NCBI RefSeq assembly: GCF_006345805.1
Contig: NC_043021.1
Coordinates: 21,886,001 to 21,950,000 of the forward strand
Reading direction: 5' to 3'
DNA: 64,000 nt
Origin: Octopus sinensis
Taxonomy: Eukaryota
Below the pieces are notes generated by a model. That model was not told where the DNA came from, ran no database searches, and saw only the letters and a list, made by a program, of their open reading frames with translations. Each line of letters begins with the position of its first letter. The first letter of the stretch is position 1. The position numbers and the translations under genes were made by a program. Below are positions 38,503 to 51,559 of the stretch, piece after piece.

Positions 38503-39072
38503 TACCATATATATATTATATATATATATAATATATGATGGCAGTCTGTTGTAGTCCGAGAAAGACAGTTCTGAAAGTTCTTGCAGAACACACCTGCGCA
38601 GTTGATTCGTTTATAGAGATCAAATGAATGTGCTGTACATTAGTTCACTGTCTCCATCACATCAACATTTTCTGAACAGGTGTCATTGTGTACCCTGAGG
38701 CAGGTGTCAAAGTGGTCACAGAGCATGTGAGATGAAGTGTTTTGCCCAAGGACACCACACACCCCTGTCTACGAATTGAAACCGTGATCTTTCAATTGTG
38801 AGTACAACACCCCAGCCCCTAGGCTATGTCGCTCTTAGCATTATCATAATTCAATAGGGAAAGGACCAGAAAAAGCATTGCAAAGTATTCTAAATCTGTT
38901 ACCCTAATCATTCTGCTAATCTGTCCCTTTTATCACAATAATCTTTTCCACTATAGACACAATGCCTGTAATTTGCAGCAAGGGACTTGCCAATTATATT
39001 GACCCAAGGGCTCAGCTGGTACTGTATTTCATTGACCATAGAGCATCAAAATGAATGGCTAAGTTGACCTTA

Positions 39073-39281
39073 TTTCTTTTTTGCCCTGAAGGGGCTAAAC
39101 ATAAAGAGGAAAAACAAGGACAGACAAAGGGATGAAGTCGATTGCATCTACCCCAGTGCGTAACTGGTACTTAATTTATCGACCCCGAAAGGATGAAAGG
39201 CAAAGTCGACCTCAGCGGAATTTGAACTCAGAACTCAGAACGTAATGGTAGACGAAATACTGCTAAGCATTTTACCACCTC

Positions 39282-39319
<38 letters not shown>

Positions 39320-39528
39320 TAATAATCAAAGTAGAGGGTACAGGCAAGAATAGACAAAAGGATTAAATTAATTACATCAACCCCAGTGCATAACTGGTAT
39401 TTATTTAATTGATTCTGAAAGGATGGAAGCAAAATTCAACCTCAGCAGAATTTGAACTCAGAACGTAATGGCAGACGAAATACCACCAGGCATTTCGCAC
39501 AGCGTACTAACAATTCTGCCAGCTCACC
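39073..39528 (-). mobile_element. Two SINE B copies separated by (AAT)n
   Basis: Homology. Further partial copies at ~2212-2420, 3295-3440, 6360-6570, 33061-33238 and 43060-43200. Confidence 0.8.
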
Positions 39529-40229
39529 ACACAATAATGATAATAATAATAATGATAATAATAATAATAATAATAATAATCCTTTCTGTTAAAGGAACAA
39601 GGCCTGAAACAGTGCGTAAGTGGCACTTATTTCATGGAGTCCGAATTATCACTTTCATCATCACCATCGTCATCGTCATCCTCATCATCATCACCATTAT
39701 CATCATCGTTTTCATCACTATCATCTCATCATCATCAGCATCACTATCATTGTCATCACTGGCAACAAAATCTGCATTACCACCATGACATTTAAACCCC
39801 CACCCACCATGCACGCACACACAGACACACAGACACACAGACACACACACACACACACACGCACATAGACTCTCACCACCACAACCACCCTTACTTTCCT
39901 CCTCATCACTTCTCCAATCATCCAATCATCATCATCATCATCGTCGTCGTCAACATCTCCAGCATTGTAAAGGAAGTTCTTGTTACGAACATCTGCGTAT
40001 CCGACCCTTAAATGTCTCACTGAACCCTATCAGGTTTAAGTGATGAACTATTATATAACTCTTCAGATTAATTACACTCAATGCCTTAATGACTGTCCCC
40101 TTCTCCCACTCTCCCACTCTCTCCCTCTTTGTCTCTGAAGGTTTCCGTTTACTTATATCTATTTGTCTCCTTAATTAACCATCTATTTATCTAAATTACC
40201 TCTTAATCTAATTGCACATGTTTACCTCT

Positions 40230-40333
40230 CTGTCAGTCTATCTACCTGTATGTCAGTCTATCTACCTGTATGTCTGTCTGTTTTTCTGTCTGTCTGTCTA
40301 TATATCCATCTATTTATCTATCTATCTATCTTA

Positions 40334-40386
<53 letters not shown>

Positions 40387-40454
40387 ATATCCATCTATCC
40401 CTCTATTTATCTATGTGTCTGTCTATCTGTCTGTCTATCTATCTATCTATCTAC

Positions 40455-40523
<69 letters not shown>

Positions 40524-40587
40524 CATCAATCTATCTCTGTCTGTCTGTCCATCTATCTATCTACCTGTTTATCTATCTATCTATCTA

Positions 40588-40633
<46 letters not shown>

Positions 40634-40670
40634 CATCTATCCCTCTGTCCATCCATCCATCCATCCATCT
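40230..40670. repeat. (TCTA)n/(TCTG)n tetranucleotide array
   Basis: Read directly; similar array at 56020-56450. Confidence 0.9.
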
Positions 40671-40674
40671 ATCT

Positions 40675-40730
40675 TCTTGGGAGAAATTTTGAACCTGGGT
40701 TCTCATTCTTAAGGTATCTTTTGATGTTGG

Positions 40731-40761
<31 letters not shown>

Positions 40762-41088
40762 ATTATTATTGTTATTATTCAGGTTACTACCTAGAATCAA
40801 ATGGGGAATCTTGGGGTTAAGAATGCAGGCTACTAACCCCAAGATTCCAAGGGACCTGAATAATAATAATAATAATAATAATATAATAATAATAATAATA
40901 ATAATGATAGCAACATCATTGAAAAATACCTCAGGAATGAGAACCCAGGTTTGAAATTTCCCCAAGACACCTGATGAAGGCTGGTGGGTATTTCAACCAA
41001 AACGTTGTGTTCACAACAAAGAAAATGAGGACAAATATCCGTCAATTGTAAACAATGTACATAATTCCTCATCTCTTAAATATAGAAC
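40675..41088. mobile_element. Second head-to-head pair of H1 elements
   Basis: Short minus copy ~40818->40675. Plus copy 40815->41088 reaches the 3' end ...CTCTTAAATATAGAAC. Junction hairpin GGAATCTTGGGGTTA/TAACCCCAAGATTCC. Confidence 0.75.
40966..41011 (+). ncRNA. Hammerhead motif (H1), probably inactive (G12A)
   Basis: GACAC-CTGATGA-A-GGCTG..CAACC-AAAAC-GTT-GTGTT. Confidence 0.6.
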
Positions 41089-41418
41089 ACAAGAACATCC
41101 TGTTTTTGATGTTAAACTTGAATGTGGCTGAGCACTCCACAGACATGCATATCTTTCGATGTAATTCTCAGAGAGATTTAGCATGGCACAGTGAATGTGA
41201 CAAAGTGGTCCCTTAGAAAAACAGCTACAACTAATTTTTGCCAGCTGCATGGATTGGAAGAGCATGAAATAAAGATTCTTGCTCAAGGATGCAATGCACT
41301 GTGAGGAACTGAACTTACGACCTTACAACCAAGAAGGACTCAATGCAGGCTCGATAAGCTACTTCTAGTAAAACTCTGAAATTAACTGATGATGTTCTTA
41401 TAAACAAGAAAGGAACAT

Positions 41419-41825
41419 GGCGCAGGAGTGGCAGTGTGGTAAGTAGCTTGCTAACCAACCACATGGTTCCGGGTTCAGTCCCACTGTGTGGCACCTTGGG
41501 CAAATGTCTTCTATAGCCTCGGGCCGACCAAAGCCTTGTGAGTGGATTTGGTAGACGGAAACTGAAAGAAGCCGTGTATATATGTATATATATATAATAT
41601 ATATATGCCTGTGTGTGTTTGTGTGTCTGTTTTTGTCCCCTTAGCATTGTTTGACAACCGATGCTGGTGTGTTTTATGTCCCCGTTACTTAGCGGTTTGG
41701 CAAAAGAGACGATGAATAAGTAAAGTACTGGGCTTACAAAAGAAAGTCCTGGGGTTGAGTTGCTCGATTAAAGGTGGTGCTCCAGCATGGCCACAGTCAA
41801 ATGACTGAAACAAGTAAGAGAGAGT
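41419..41825 (+). mobile_element. SINE A
   Basis: Homology. Confidence 0.88.
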
Positions 41826-43571
41826 ATGTCCATGTGCACGCATGTGTGAGTGTGTTTTTATTAGTCTATTCAGGAGATCAGGCTAATTCTGAATACAATT
41901 AAGCTAAATTAGATCTGATTAGCTTGGACTTGTGTTCCAATTGTTTCTCAAAATTCTGTTTGTTCTCCTAAGGAGTCATAATCCAGTGTTTATTTTGAAC
42001 AAGACTGCACGCACACGCACACACACACACACACACATACATATATACATACATACATATATATATATATAACATACATACATACATACATATATACATA
42101 TATAGATATATACATACATACCTACATACATATAGATAGATATATACATACATACCTACATACATATATAGATATATACATACATACCTACATACATATA
42201 GATAGATGGTTGGATAGATATGTGTATATATGTATATATATGTATGTCTGTGTGTGTATTATATATATATATATATATATATGGATAGAGAGAGATTTAA
42301 TTAATTTGTGTTGGTCTGTGTTGTGTTACAAACACATACGCATTCACTCAATGCACACACCCACACAATGCATATACATGTCACCTTGCCACTGATACAT
42401 ACACATCCATGCATTTGTTTCTGTTTGTGTTTCCATGGATACGTATAAGCTGCATTATTCATTCTTTGGACATACAGGTCGGAGAAAGTTTAGTACATAG
42501 GGTAGGATGACAGTGGTGGTGGTGGCGGTGGTGGTAGCAATGGTGCCGGCAGGATTCAATTAGCATTGGTGGTGGTGGTGGTGGTGGTAGGTGTGGTGGT
42601 CGGTGGTGGTAGTGGTGGTGTTGGTGGTGGTGGTGGTGGTTGTGACGGTGGTGGTGGTGTGGTGGCGGTAGTTGTGGTGGTAGTAGTGGTTGTGGTGTTA
42701 GTGGAGGCCAGACAGTAGAATATATTTTTATCTCTGTCTCTGTCCTGGTTGGTGGTAGATTAGTCTGTCTTTTGTAAAAGCTGAGAGTATCAGATTGTGG
42801 TGGAGAGAGAAGTAAAGAGAAAGAGAGAGAGAGAGAGAGAGTGAAGCAGACAGACAGAGAGACAATTAAGTGATGACCTGAAAGGAATAAGAGATGAGGA
42901 GATAAAAACCTGATAGAGAGGCTGAGGGGTTTGGGTTGGCGGAAATATATGGTCAGTTCAGTTATAATTTATAATCAAAGGTCTTCAAATTATCCCTGGT
43001 TATATATATATATATATATATATATAATATGTGTGTGTGTGTATATACATATATCTATATTTCTTTACTACCCACAAGGGGACAAACAAGGACAGAGAAA
43101 GGGATTAAGTCGATTACATCAACTCCAGTGTGTAACTGGTACTTAGTTTATCAACCCCGAAAGGATGAAAGGCAAAGCCGACCTCGGCGGAATTTGAACA
43201 TATATATAGAAAGGGTGAAGACCTCCTTCAGGCATGAATGACAATGGGATCGCACCTAGAAAGTTCCTCTCAGAGGTACAAGTCCAGGCAAGGTTGTTTA
43301 TGGAAGACCAGCATTCGCCCATGCATAACCGTCCTTCATTCTCCATGCCACCAATGTTAGACCAAAAGGAAGGCAAAGGCTGATACAGCTTGGCACCAAG
43401 GACATCACAACTCATTTCTGCAGCTGAATGAACTGGACCAACATGAAATAAAATGTCTTGCTCAAGAACACAACACACGTCCTGGTCTGGGAATTGAACT
43501 GACTACCTCATGATTGTGAGTTTGATGCTCTAACCACTGAGCCATGCACCTTCACCATATATATATATATA

Positions 43572-43985
43572 GTGGCTGTGTGGTAAGTAGCTTGCTAACC
43601 TACCACATGGTTCCAGGTTCAGTCCCACTGCGTGGCATCTTGGGCGAGTGTCTTCTGCTATAGCCCCGGGCCAACCAATGCCTTGTGAGTGGATTTGGTA
43701 GACGGAAACTGAAAGAAGCCTGTTGTATATATGTATATATATATATATGTGTGTGTGTGTGTATATGTATGTGTGTGTGTGTTTGTGTGTCTGTGTTTGT
43801 CCCCCTAGCATTGCTTGACAACCGATGCTGGTGTGTTTACGTCCCCGTCACTTAGCGGTTTGGCAAAAGAGAGCCCGATAGAATAAGTACTGGGCTTACA
43901 AAGAATAAGTCCTGGGGTCGATTTGCTCGACTAAAGGCGGTGCTCCAGCATGGCCGCAGTCAAATGACTGAAACAAGTAAAAGAG
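43572..43985 (+). mobile_element. SINE A
   Basis: Homology. Confidence 0.88.
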
Positions 43986-44269
43986 AGAGAAATATTGGAC
44001 TCCTCCAACTCTTTCCAAATCCTCTGTGCTGTCTTCAGACTGACACCCAGAGACTCAGAAATGTTTGTATTGGAGCTTCTGGCATGAATGTCAAGCAGTA
44101 CAGCATATCACTTCCAAATTCTGGCAGAGTGAATTGTGGCATGGTGCTGTTTTGCTCAGAGATGGTGCCCAACTGACCCTACTATACTGTGTAGTTGACA
44201 AAATCCAAATCAAGCAATGTGCATACATGAAATTAGAAATATAATATGGTGACAATTACACATCACACT

Positions 44270-44305
<36 letters not shown>

Positions 44306-44309
<4 letters not shown>

Positions 44310-44668
44310 GGCAGTTTGTCTGTGTGTCTGTTTGGTTGTACCCTCACCCTGACCACGGCTTTCAACCGATTCTGATGAAACTTGACACACACATAGCCCA
44401 ATGTCATAATTCAAAACTAACGCAGCGAAAATTTTGAAAAGTTCCCCCAGTTCTGAAAAAAATCGATAAATTCGACATGGGGTCGAGAATCAGAAACCAC
44501 AAACCACAGACTGTCTAGGGGACGCAACTCAACCTTTTTTAACTCTCAAAAAAAAAATTTACCATCATTTTTTTTCCATTTTTTTGCTATTTTTTTGGTA
44601 AACTCTCTAAAAATGCTTTATAGTTATTTCCCTTACAAACCTGAGCAACGCAGGGCGATACTGCTAGT
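44306..44668 (-). mobile_element. Second copy of the Helentron/HINE-like element
   Basis: Reverse-complement match to 23859-24245; (TA)n flanks. Confidence 0.65.
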
Positions 44669-44711
44669 ATATATATATAGACATATATTTATGTATATAT
44701 ATGTATATGTA

Positions 44712-44755
<44 letters not shown>

Positions 44756-45169
44756 TATATGTATGCGTATATATATATGTCTATATGTATGTATATATTT
44801 ATATATATGTATATATATATATATGTATGTATATATTTATATTGTTTTTTGTATTTATATTCGTGTAACATTGTCCATTTTTCTGTCCTTGTTTCGTATA
44901 CATTCGATCCTTTTTCCAAGAAATCTAATGCTTGTAGCTTAGTTTTTCCTTGGAGCTGGCCAGATCGGAGCAATCTCAAGAAATTGCGAGGATCATCTGG
45001 TTCTTGACTGAAGATTGGAGGCTTCGAATGACCCGTCCGTTTTTTGTATCATCTATTTGAATGTTTTGTGTTCTTTTCCCATTTTGTATTTTTTATATAT
45101 TTTTTATACATATATGTATATATATGTATAATATATGTATAATATATATGTGTGTGTATATATACATAT

Positions 45170-46335
45170 CATCATCATCATCATCATCGTTTAACGTCCG
45201 CTTTCCGCGCTAGCACGGGTTGGACGGTTCGACCGGGTTGGGAGCCAGGGGCCGCTCCAGGCTCCAGTCTGAATCTGGCAGAGTTTCTACGCTGGATGCC
45301 CTTCCTAACGCCAACCACTCCGTGAGTGGGATGGGTGTTTTTTACGTGCCACCTGCACAGGGGCCGGAGGGTCCGGCATCGTCACGATCGGTTCGAGCAT
45401 TTTAACGTGTCAGCGGCATGGGGGGCAACGAGGTCGGGGGGTACTTTGGGGATCGGGGTACTTTGGGGATCCAGGGTACTTTTGGGGATCCAGGGTACTT
45501 AGAATGGGTAGGGGTATGTGGAATTGCTGGCAGAAAAGCAGCCCGGGTCTTTGTAGTCACAGCATATCTCCAGAGATCTCGGTCCTTCGCCATTGCCTCA
45601 GTGAGGCCCAATGTTCTGAGGTCATGCTTGACCACCTCATCCCATGTCTTCCTGGTCTACCTCTCCCCCTGATACCTTCAACTGTTTGGGAGTGGCACTT
45701 CTTCACACATCTCTCTTCATCCATCGCCCAGCACATGACCATACATCGCAAGCGTCGCTCTTGCACACCACATCTGATGCTTCTTATATCCAGCATTTCT
45801 CTAGGATACTTACACTCTGTTTTGCGTGCACACTGACACTACACATCCAGCGGATCATGCTAGCTTCATTTCTTTCAAGTCTACGCATGTCTTCTGCAGT
45901 CAGCCCAGTTCATTACCGTGAGCATGGCAGTTCGCACACATGCATCATACAATCTACCTTTTGCTCTGAGGGAGAGAGACCTTTTGTTGCCAGTAGGGGT
46001 AGGAGCTTCTGAACTTTGCCCAGGCTATTCGTATTCTAGTGGTGATACTCTCTGTGCATCCACCTCTGCTACTAACTTGGTCACCCAGGTAGCGGAAACT
46101 ATCAACTACTTCTAGTTTCTCTCCCTGGAGTGTGATGGAATCTGTTTCTGAGTGTCTGTTGTGTCTATGTCCTGTGCATCTGCCGCACATGAAAGCTATC
46201 TTATCTGTTAATTTCCCTTTAATGTTGCTGCACCTCTTATGTGTCCATAACTTACATTGGGTGCATCTTATGGAGTTTCTACCTGTACCTTTCCTACAGG
46301 TTGAGCAGGGCCACCTACCCGAGGGGATGGTGCTG
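45170..46335 (-). mobile_element. 5'-truncated RTE-clade LINE: PHD-type finger, RT C-terminal region, 3' UTR and (GAT)n tail; frameshifted
   Basis: Minus translation GRWPCSTCRKGTGRNSIRCTQCKLWTHKRCSNIKGKLTDKIAFMCGRC (C4HC3), then EKLEVVDSFRYLGDQVSSRGGCTESITTRIRIAWAKFR and ...VKHDLRTLGLTEAMAKDRDLWRYAV, typical RTE motifs. Confidence 0.88.
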
Positions 46336-46654
46336 AGTACCTCTTGTTGCTTACTAATACTTTGTGTCTTGCTACATTTATTCTAAGGCCCTTTGATTCC
46401 AACCCTTGCTTCCACACCCATGTGTGTATACATATATATGTATGTATATATATGTATGAATATATATGTGTGTATGTATATTTATATATATATATTCATA
46501 TATATACACTCAGACAGGTAGGTACAGCAAAGCAAAACAATATGGAAAATATAGCACTCGAATACTGAGTCTCCATACAGTTTCTATCAAATCTGCTCAC
46601 AAAGCAGTAGTTGGCCCAGGGCTATTCTAGAAGACACTTTCAAAATGTTCCCTC

Positions 46655-47012
46655 ATCATCATCATTGTTTGACCGTGGTCGAGACAATGGAATTTACCAT
46701 GCTACGCCAGATTTCACGGTCCATCATGGCATTACGGAGGTCTTGTTGCTGGATGCCTGTATTCCTGGAGATTACATCAGGGTAGGAGAGTGTGCGCCCT
46801 CTGGCATTGTGAGTAGATGGCTTCCAGAGGAGAAGAGTAGAAATTACCTCGTTTTCAGCTCTACCACAATGTCCAGCAAACTGGACTCTCCTACCTTTCA
46901 CAAGAGATGACACAGGTGGTAGCTTCCCATATATTTGCATTTTGGTTGGATGGCGCCTCCACGAGAGATTTGAGCTATCATAAGGAGGCGAGTGTAGGTT
47001 CCATCCAACCAC
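46655..47012 (-). mobile_element. RTE-type LINE 3' end (STTVEQ family)
   Basis: QIYGKLPPVSSLVKGRRVQFAGHC...DREIWRSMV; (TGA)n tail. Confidence 0.85.
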
Positions 47013-47878
47013 CTCTCAAGCTTTGATAATGTCCAGGTTTCTGAGCAATATAGTAGAATTGGTTCGACTTTGGCTTTGAAGATTTCAAGTTTGAAGTCTC
47101 TACTTAGATTTGATGACCAGATCTTATGTTCCCTGGAGTGGAACTGAACTCCAAACCATGCTGTTGTAAAGTGAGCTTGTTAACCACACAGCCATGCATG
47201 CATGCATGCCTCTCTAGCTCCCTTTCTCTTGTCATCATCTAAGTTTGGTTCTTTTGTTGTGATGGTGGTGTCGCTGGTGGTGGTCACTATCTCACTCTCC
47301 ATATATTTGAAGCAAGAAGCCATTACTGAGGACACGTGAGAAGAAGCCATTAATTTCTAGTTGTTTCAAGTGAAATAAATTAAATAAATAAACGAATAAA
47401 ATAAAACAAATAATCATGCATTCCCTTCTCCCACTACTACACACATCCCTCGTTCTGAACAGGCATGCACACAACACACACACACACACGCGCATGTACC
47501 CACACACACATATATACATGCATACATACAGAAAAAGGTATTATTTACTTTTTTTCTTCACAAGGCGGTTTTTTTCTTAATTTTTGTAATAGAATATCAA
47601 ATTAATATATTTTTTGTCTTTGTTTATTTTCAATTTGTCCACGTCAACAGAACCATCATCATCATTAACATCACACACACACATACAAATGTCTTTGTAT
47701 GTATGGATGCATGTCTGTATATATACATACGTGTACAATACAACGAGATCACAGAAAGGACAAGCTTCAACAAAGGCTGTATTAGTTTAATACCTAACAA
47801 GATGGAAGGGAGTCTTGATATATTGTAAATTAGTCCTTCATGAAAATAAAGCTCTAACAAACAAAAATAAAACTAATA

Positions 47879-47912
<34 letters not shown>

Positions 47913-47913
<1 letters not shown>

Positions 47914-48052
47914 TATTTACATTTGGCAGATATTTTTCCTCATTTTGTTTGTTGTTAACACAATGTTTCAGCTGATGTACCCTCCATCCTTCATCAGGTG
48001 TCTTGGGGAAATTTCGAACCTGGGTTCTCATTTCTAAAGTATTTTTCGATGT
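47913..48052 (-). mobile_element. Single 5'-truncated H1 element
   Basis: Aligns to the HHR tail of the 14810-14946 copy; 3' end abuts (TA)n. Confidence 0.75.
47957..48002 (-). ncRNA. Hammerhead motif (H1), degenerate helix II and III
   Basis: Minus strand GACAC-CTGATGA-A-GGATG..CAGCT-GAAAC-ATT-GTGTT. Confidence 0.6.
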
Positions 48053-48109
48053 TGTTGTTGTTATAATAGAACTGTATTATATACATATATATATATATAT
48101 TATATATAT

Positions 48110-48360
48110 CATCATCATCATCATTGTTCGACCGTAGTCGAGACAATAGGATTTACCATGCTATGCCAGACTTCACGGTCCATCATGGCATTACGGAGGT
48201 CCTGTTGCTGGATGCCTGTATCCCTGGAGATTACATCAGGGTAGGAGAGTGTATGCCCTCTGGTATTGCGAGTAGATGGCTTCCAGAGGAGAAGAGTAGA
48301 AATTACCTCTTTTTCAGCTCTACAACAATGTCCAGCAAACTGGACTCTCCTACCTTTCAT
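48110..48360 (-). mobile_element. RTE-type LINE 3' end (STTVEQ family)
   Basis: KGRRVQFAGHCCRAEKEVISTLLLW...STTVEQ*. Confidence 0.85.
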
Positions 48361-48444
48361 ATATATATATATATATATAGTTCATCCAAACATGAACAAA
48401 TAGAAAACATGAGGACGTGGACCAAGTATAGGAAAGAAAAATGG

Positions 48445-48486
48445 AGGATATAATGTTTCGAGCAGAGCTCTTCGTCAGAAATATAG
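48445..48486 (-). ncRNA. Hammerhead motif (family H3) in a Penelope pLTR-like remnant (~48380-48500)
   Basis: Minus strand CTGACGA-A-GAGC(TCT)GCTC-GAAAC-ATT; helix I weak. The element end abuts (TA)n. Confidence 0.55.
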
Positions 48487-48769
48487 AAAAAGGCCAAGGA
48501 AAGGAAGACGGAGAAAGAAAATCACCAACAATACACATGTGAAGCCAGGTGAAACCATAGTTGTGGCCATTATCAGTGTCACCTAACTGGTGCCCATGCT
48601 GGTGACTCGTATTGCACATTTTGGGTATCTGGCCCCATGGAGGTAGTGACAGATGACCAAGACCCTTGGCAGTATGCTGTGCTCGAGAAGAAGACCCTTG
48701 AAGCCAAGTGGAATTGTGATCGTGGAAGATATTGGTTTCACACAACTGGCACCCATGCTGGTGACATGT

Positions 48770-49285
48770 AAATGCACCCATTACACTCTGGAGTGGTTGG
48801 CATTAGGAAGGACATCAGATGTAATCATCATCATCGTTTAGCGTCCGTTTTCCATGCTAGCATGGGTTGGACGGTTCAACTGGGGTCTGTGAAGCTGGAA
48901 GGCTTCATCAGGCCTAGTCTGATCTGGCAGTGTTTCTACGGCTGGATGCCCTTCCTAACGCCAACCACTCCATGAGTGTAGTGGGTGCTTTTTACGTGCC
49001 ACCGGCATGGGTGCCAGACAGAGCTGGCAAACGGCCCTGAACGGATGGTGCTTTTTATGTGCCACCGGCACGAGGCCAGTCGGGGTGGTGCTGGCAATGG
49101 TCACGAACGGATGGTTCTCTTACATGCCACCGGCACTGGTAACACATCTGCAATTTCCATTGATCAATGCCAAATCAGACTGGAGTCTGGTGTAGCCCCC
49201 CACCTTACCAGCCCTTGTCAAACTGTTTAACTCATGCCAGCATGGACAACATGCGTTAAAGTATGATGAAAATGATGTAAATCGG
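48770..49285. mobile_element. Cluster of family D copies in both orientations
   Basis: Short + piece 48770-48830, - copy 48830-49145, diverged + tail ~49180-49285. Confidence 0.7.
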
Positions 49286-50779
49286 GGGAATACCCCCTTC
49301 AGTCATGAATGACCATGGGATTGCACCTAGAAGGTTCCCCTCTAAGGCACAAGTCCAAGCACGGTTGTTTATGGAAGATCAGCAGTCATCCATGCATACC
49401 AGCCTCCCCTCTCCGTGCCACCGATGTGATCCATGGAAATGTCTAAGGCTGATACAGCTTGACATCAGAGACTTCGCAGATCCTTTCTACAGCTGAGTGA
49501 ACTGGAGCAATGTAAAATAAAGTGTCTTGCTTAAGAACAACATACACAGCCAAGTCCAAGAATCGAACTCACTACTTCGTGATCGTGAACCCAATGCTAT
49601 GGCTTAGCTGGCCGAAACTCTGAAGTCACTATCAACAACATTCTTGTATAAAAATAATAAATTTGTGTTCTGCAAAAGTATAGAATAACCACTCAGGTTA
49701 ATGTAAAATTGTGTTTATATTCTAACAACACAAAACAATATATTAATATATATGAATGTATGTATCAAGACATATATATATATATGTCCAAAAAAATGTA
49801 TGTATATATATATATATATGTTCAAAACCTTAAGCCAATACCAAATATACTATCTTTAATAAAATAGTGTGTTCACACTAGTGTTCATACACACTCACAC
49901 GCTCATGTATGTATATTAAACCATTGATATCCAGATGTTGAATGTGAAGTAGAGATTCCACTCATTTATTATTACCATTTTTTAAAAACATTTTTTCTTG
50001 TATTCATTCTTTGTTTTATCTACCCCCATCCTCTCTCTCTCTCGCTCGCTCTCCCTCTCTCTTTCTTTCTCTCCTTCTATCTCGTTTTTTTTTTCTTCTT
50101 CTTTTATCAAACAATCCAATAATGAGAGAAGCTCTTCAAGCCATTTCTTCGTTCCTCGAAGAATCCATACCATTATCATTGCCGTCTATTTTCATTATTA
50201 TTGACCTCATTTATTATTATTATCATCATCATCATCATCATCATTATTATTATGTATCATTATTATTATTATTATTATTACTATCGTTATTGTTATCATC
50301 GTTGTTGTTCAGGTTGTTGTTAATATTATTTTAACATTTTTCAAATATATTATTACGTGAATAATCCGTGTTCATTTCTATCCTCTTGTGGTAATGGTGG
50401 TGTTTGTAGCAGTAGTGGTAGCACTAATATTAGTAGTAGTAGTAGTAGTAGTATTAGTGGTAGTAGTTGTAGTAGTAGTGTCTATTTTAAAGTTTTTCTA
50501 TAATTCTGTCCTTGTGTTTTTTTTAAATTTTGTTTGATGTTTATTGCATTGCTATTGTTTGATTTTTCGTTTCATTATTGTTTTTTGCATTACCCCTGCT
50601 CCACCTCCTCTCCTTCCTCTTCGTTATTTATCACTCTCCTTTCTTTCAGTCTTTCTTTCTTCCTTTCCCTCCTTCTTTACTCATTCAGGAGTAGGAAGAC
50701 TTAGCAAAAATCCTTTGTCTTTGGCCCAATAACACCTTGCAAAAGACTTTTATTCTGCACTGACTGTGTGTAATATATA

Positions 50780-50820
<41 letters not shown>

Positions 50821-50939
50821 ATATATGTGTATATATATATGTATGTATGTGTATATATGTGTATATATATATGTATGTATGTGTATATATGTGTATATAT
50901 ATATGTATGTGTATATATGTATGTATATGTATGTATGTG

Positions 50940-50972
<33 letters not shown>

Positions 50973-51180
50973 GTATGTATATACCTTCATGCATGTATGT
51001 GTATGTATATATTTATACATGCGTATGTGTGTGTTTGTATATATGTATCTATGTATATATTTATATATATCACAACTATATATATGTAAATATATATTTT
51101 ACACACACACACACACACACACATGTATATATATATATGCATATATTTTTTAAGTGTGTATATTTATATATTGCTTGTGT

Positions 51181-51223
<43 letters not shown>

Positions 51224-51559
51224 GTTCATCTGTATCTTAAATTGATTGTCCTTTAAGAATGCCCTCCCAATTCACACACACACACAAACAAATACACAAA
51301 CACACACTGAAACTGCATATTCACATACACACAGACATCAACAGAATAAGAAACAGAGAGAACAATATATATATATATATATAAATGCACACACATATTT
51401 ACACACGCATGCACACACTCTTTCTCTCTCTCTCAGACACACACATGCACACACACACACACACATACACACACACGCACACAGACTCTCCAACATATAT
51501 AATCAATTGCTTATATCCATTTCTATATTGATGAGGATAACTTGAAGAATCTTCAAGAT

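Noticed and set aside
45000-45040. CTGAAGA..CGAA hammerhead-like motif in a TA-flanked pLTR-like segment (44860-45100)
   Set aside because: No convincing helix II or I and no GAAA-NUH; cannot be supported as an HHR from this copy.
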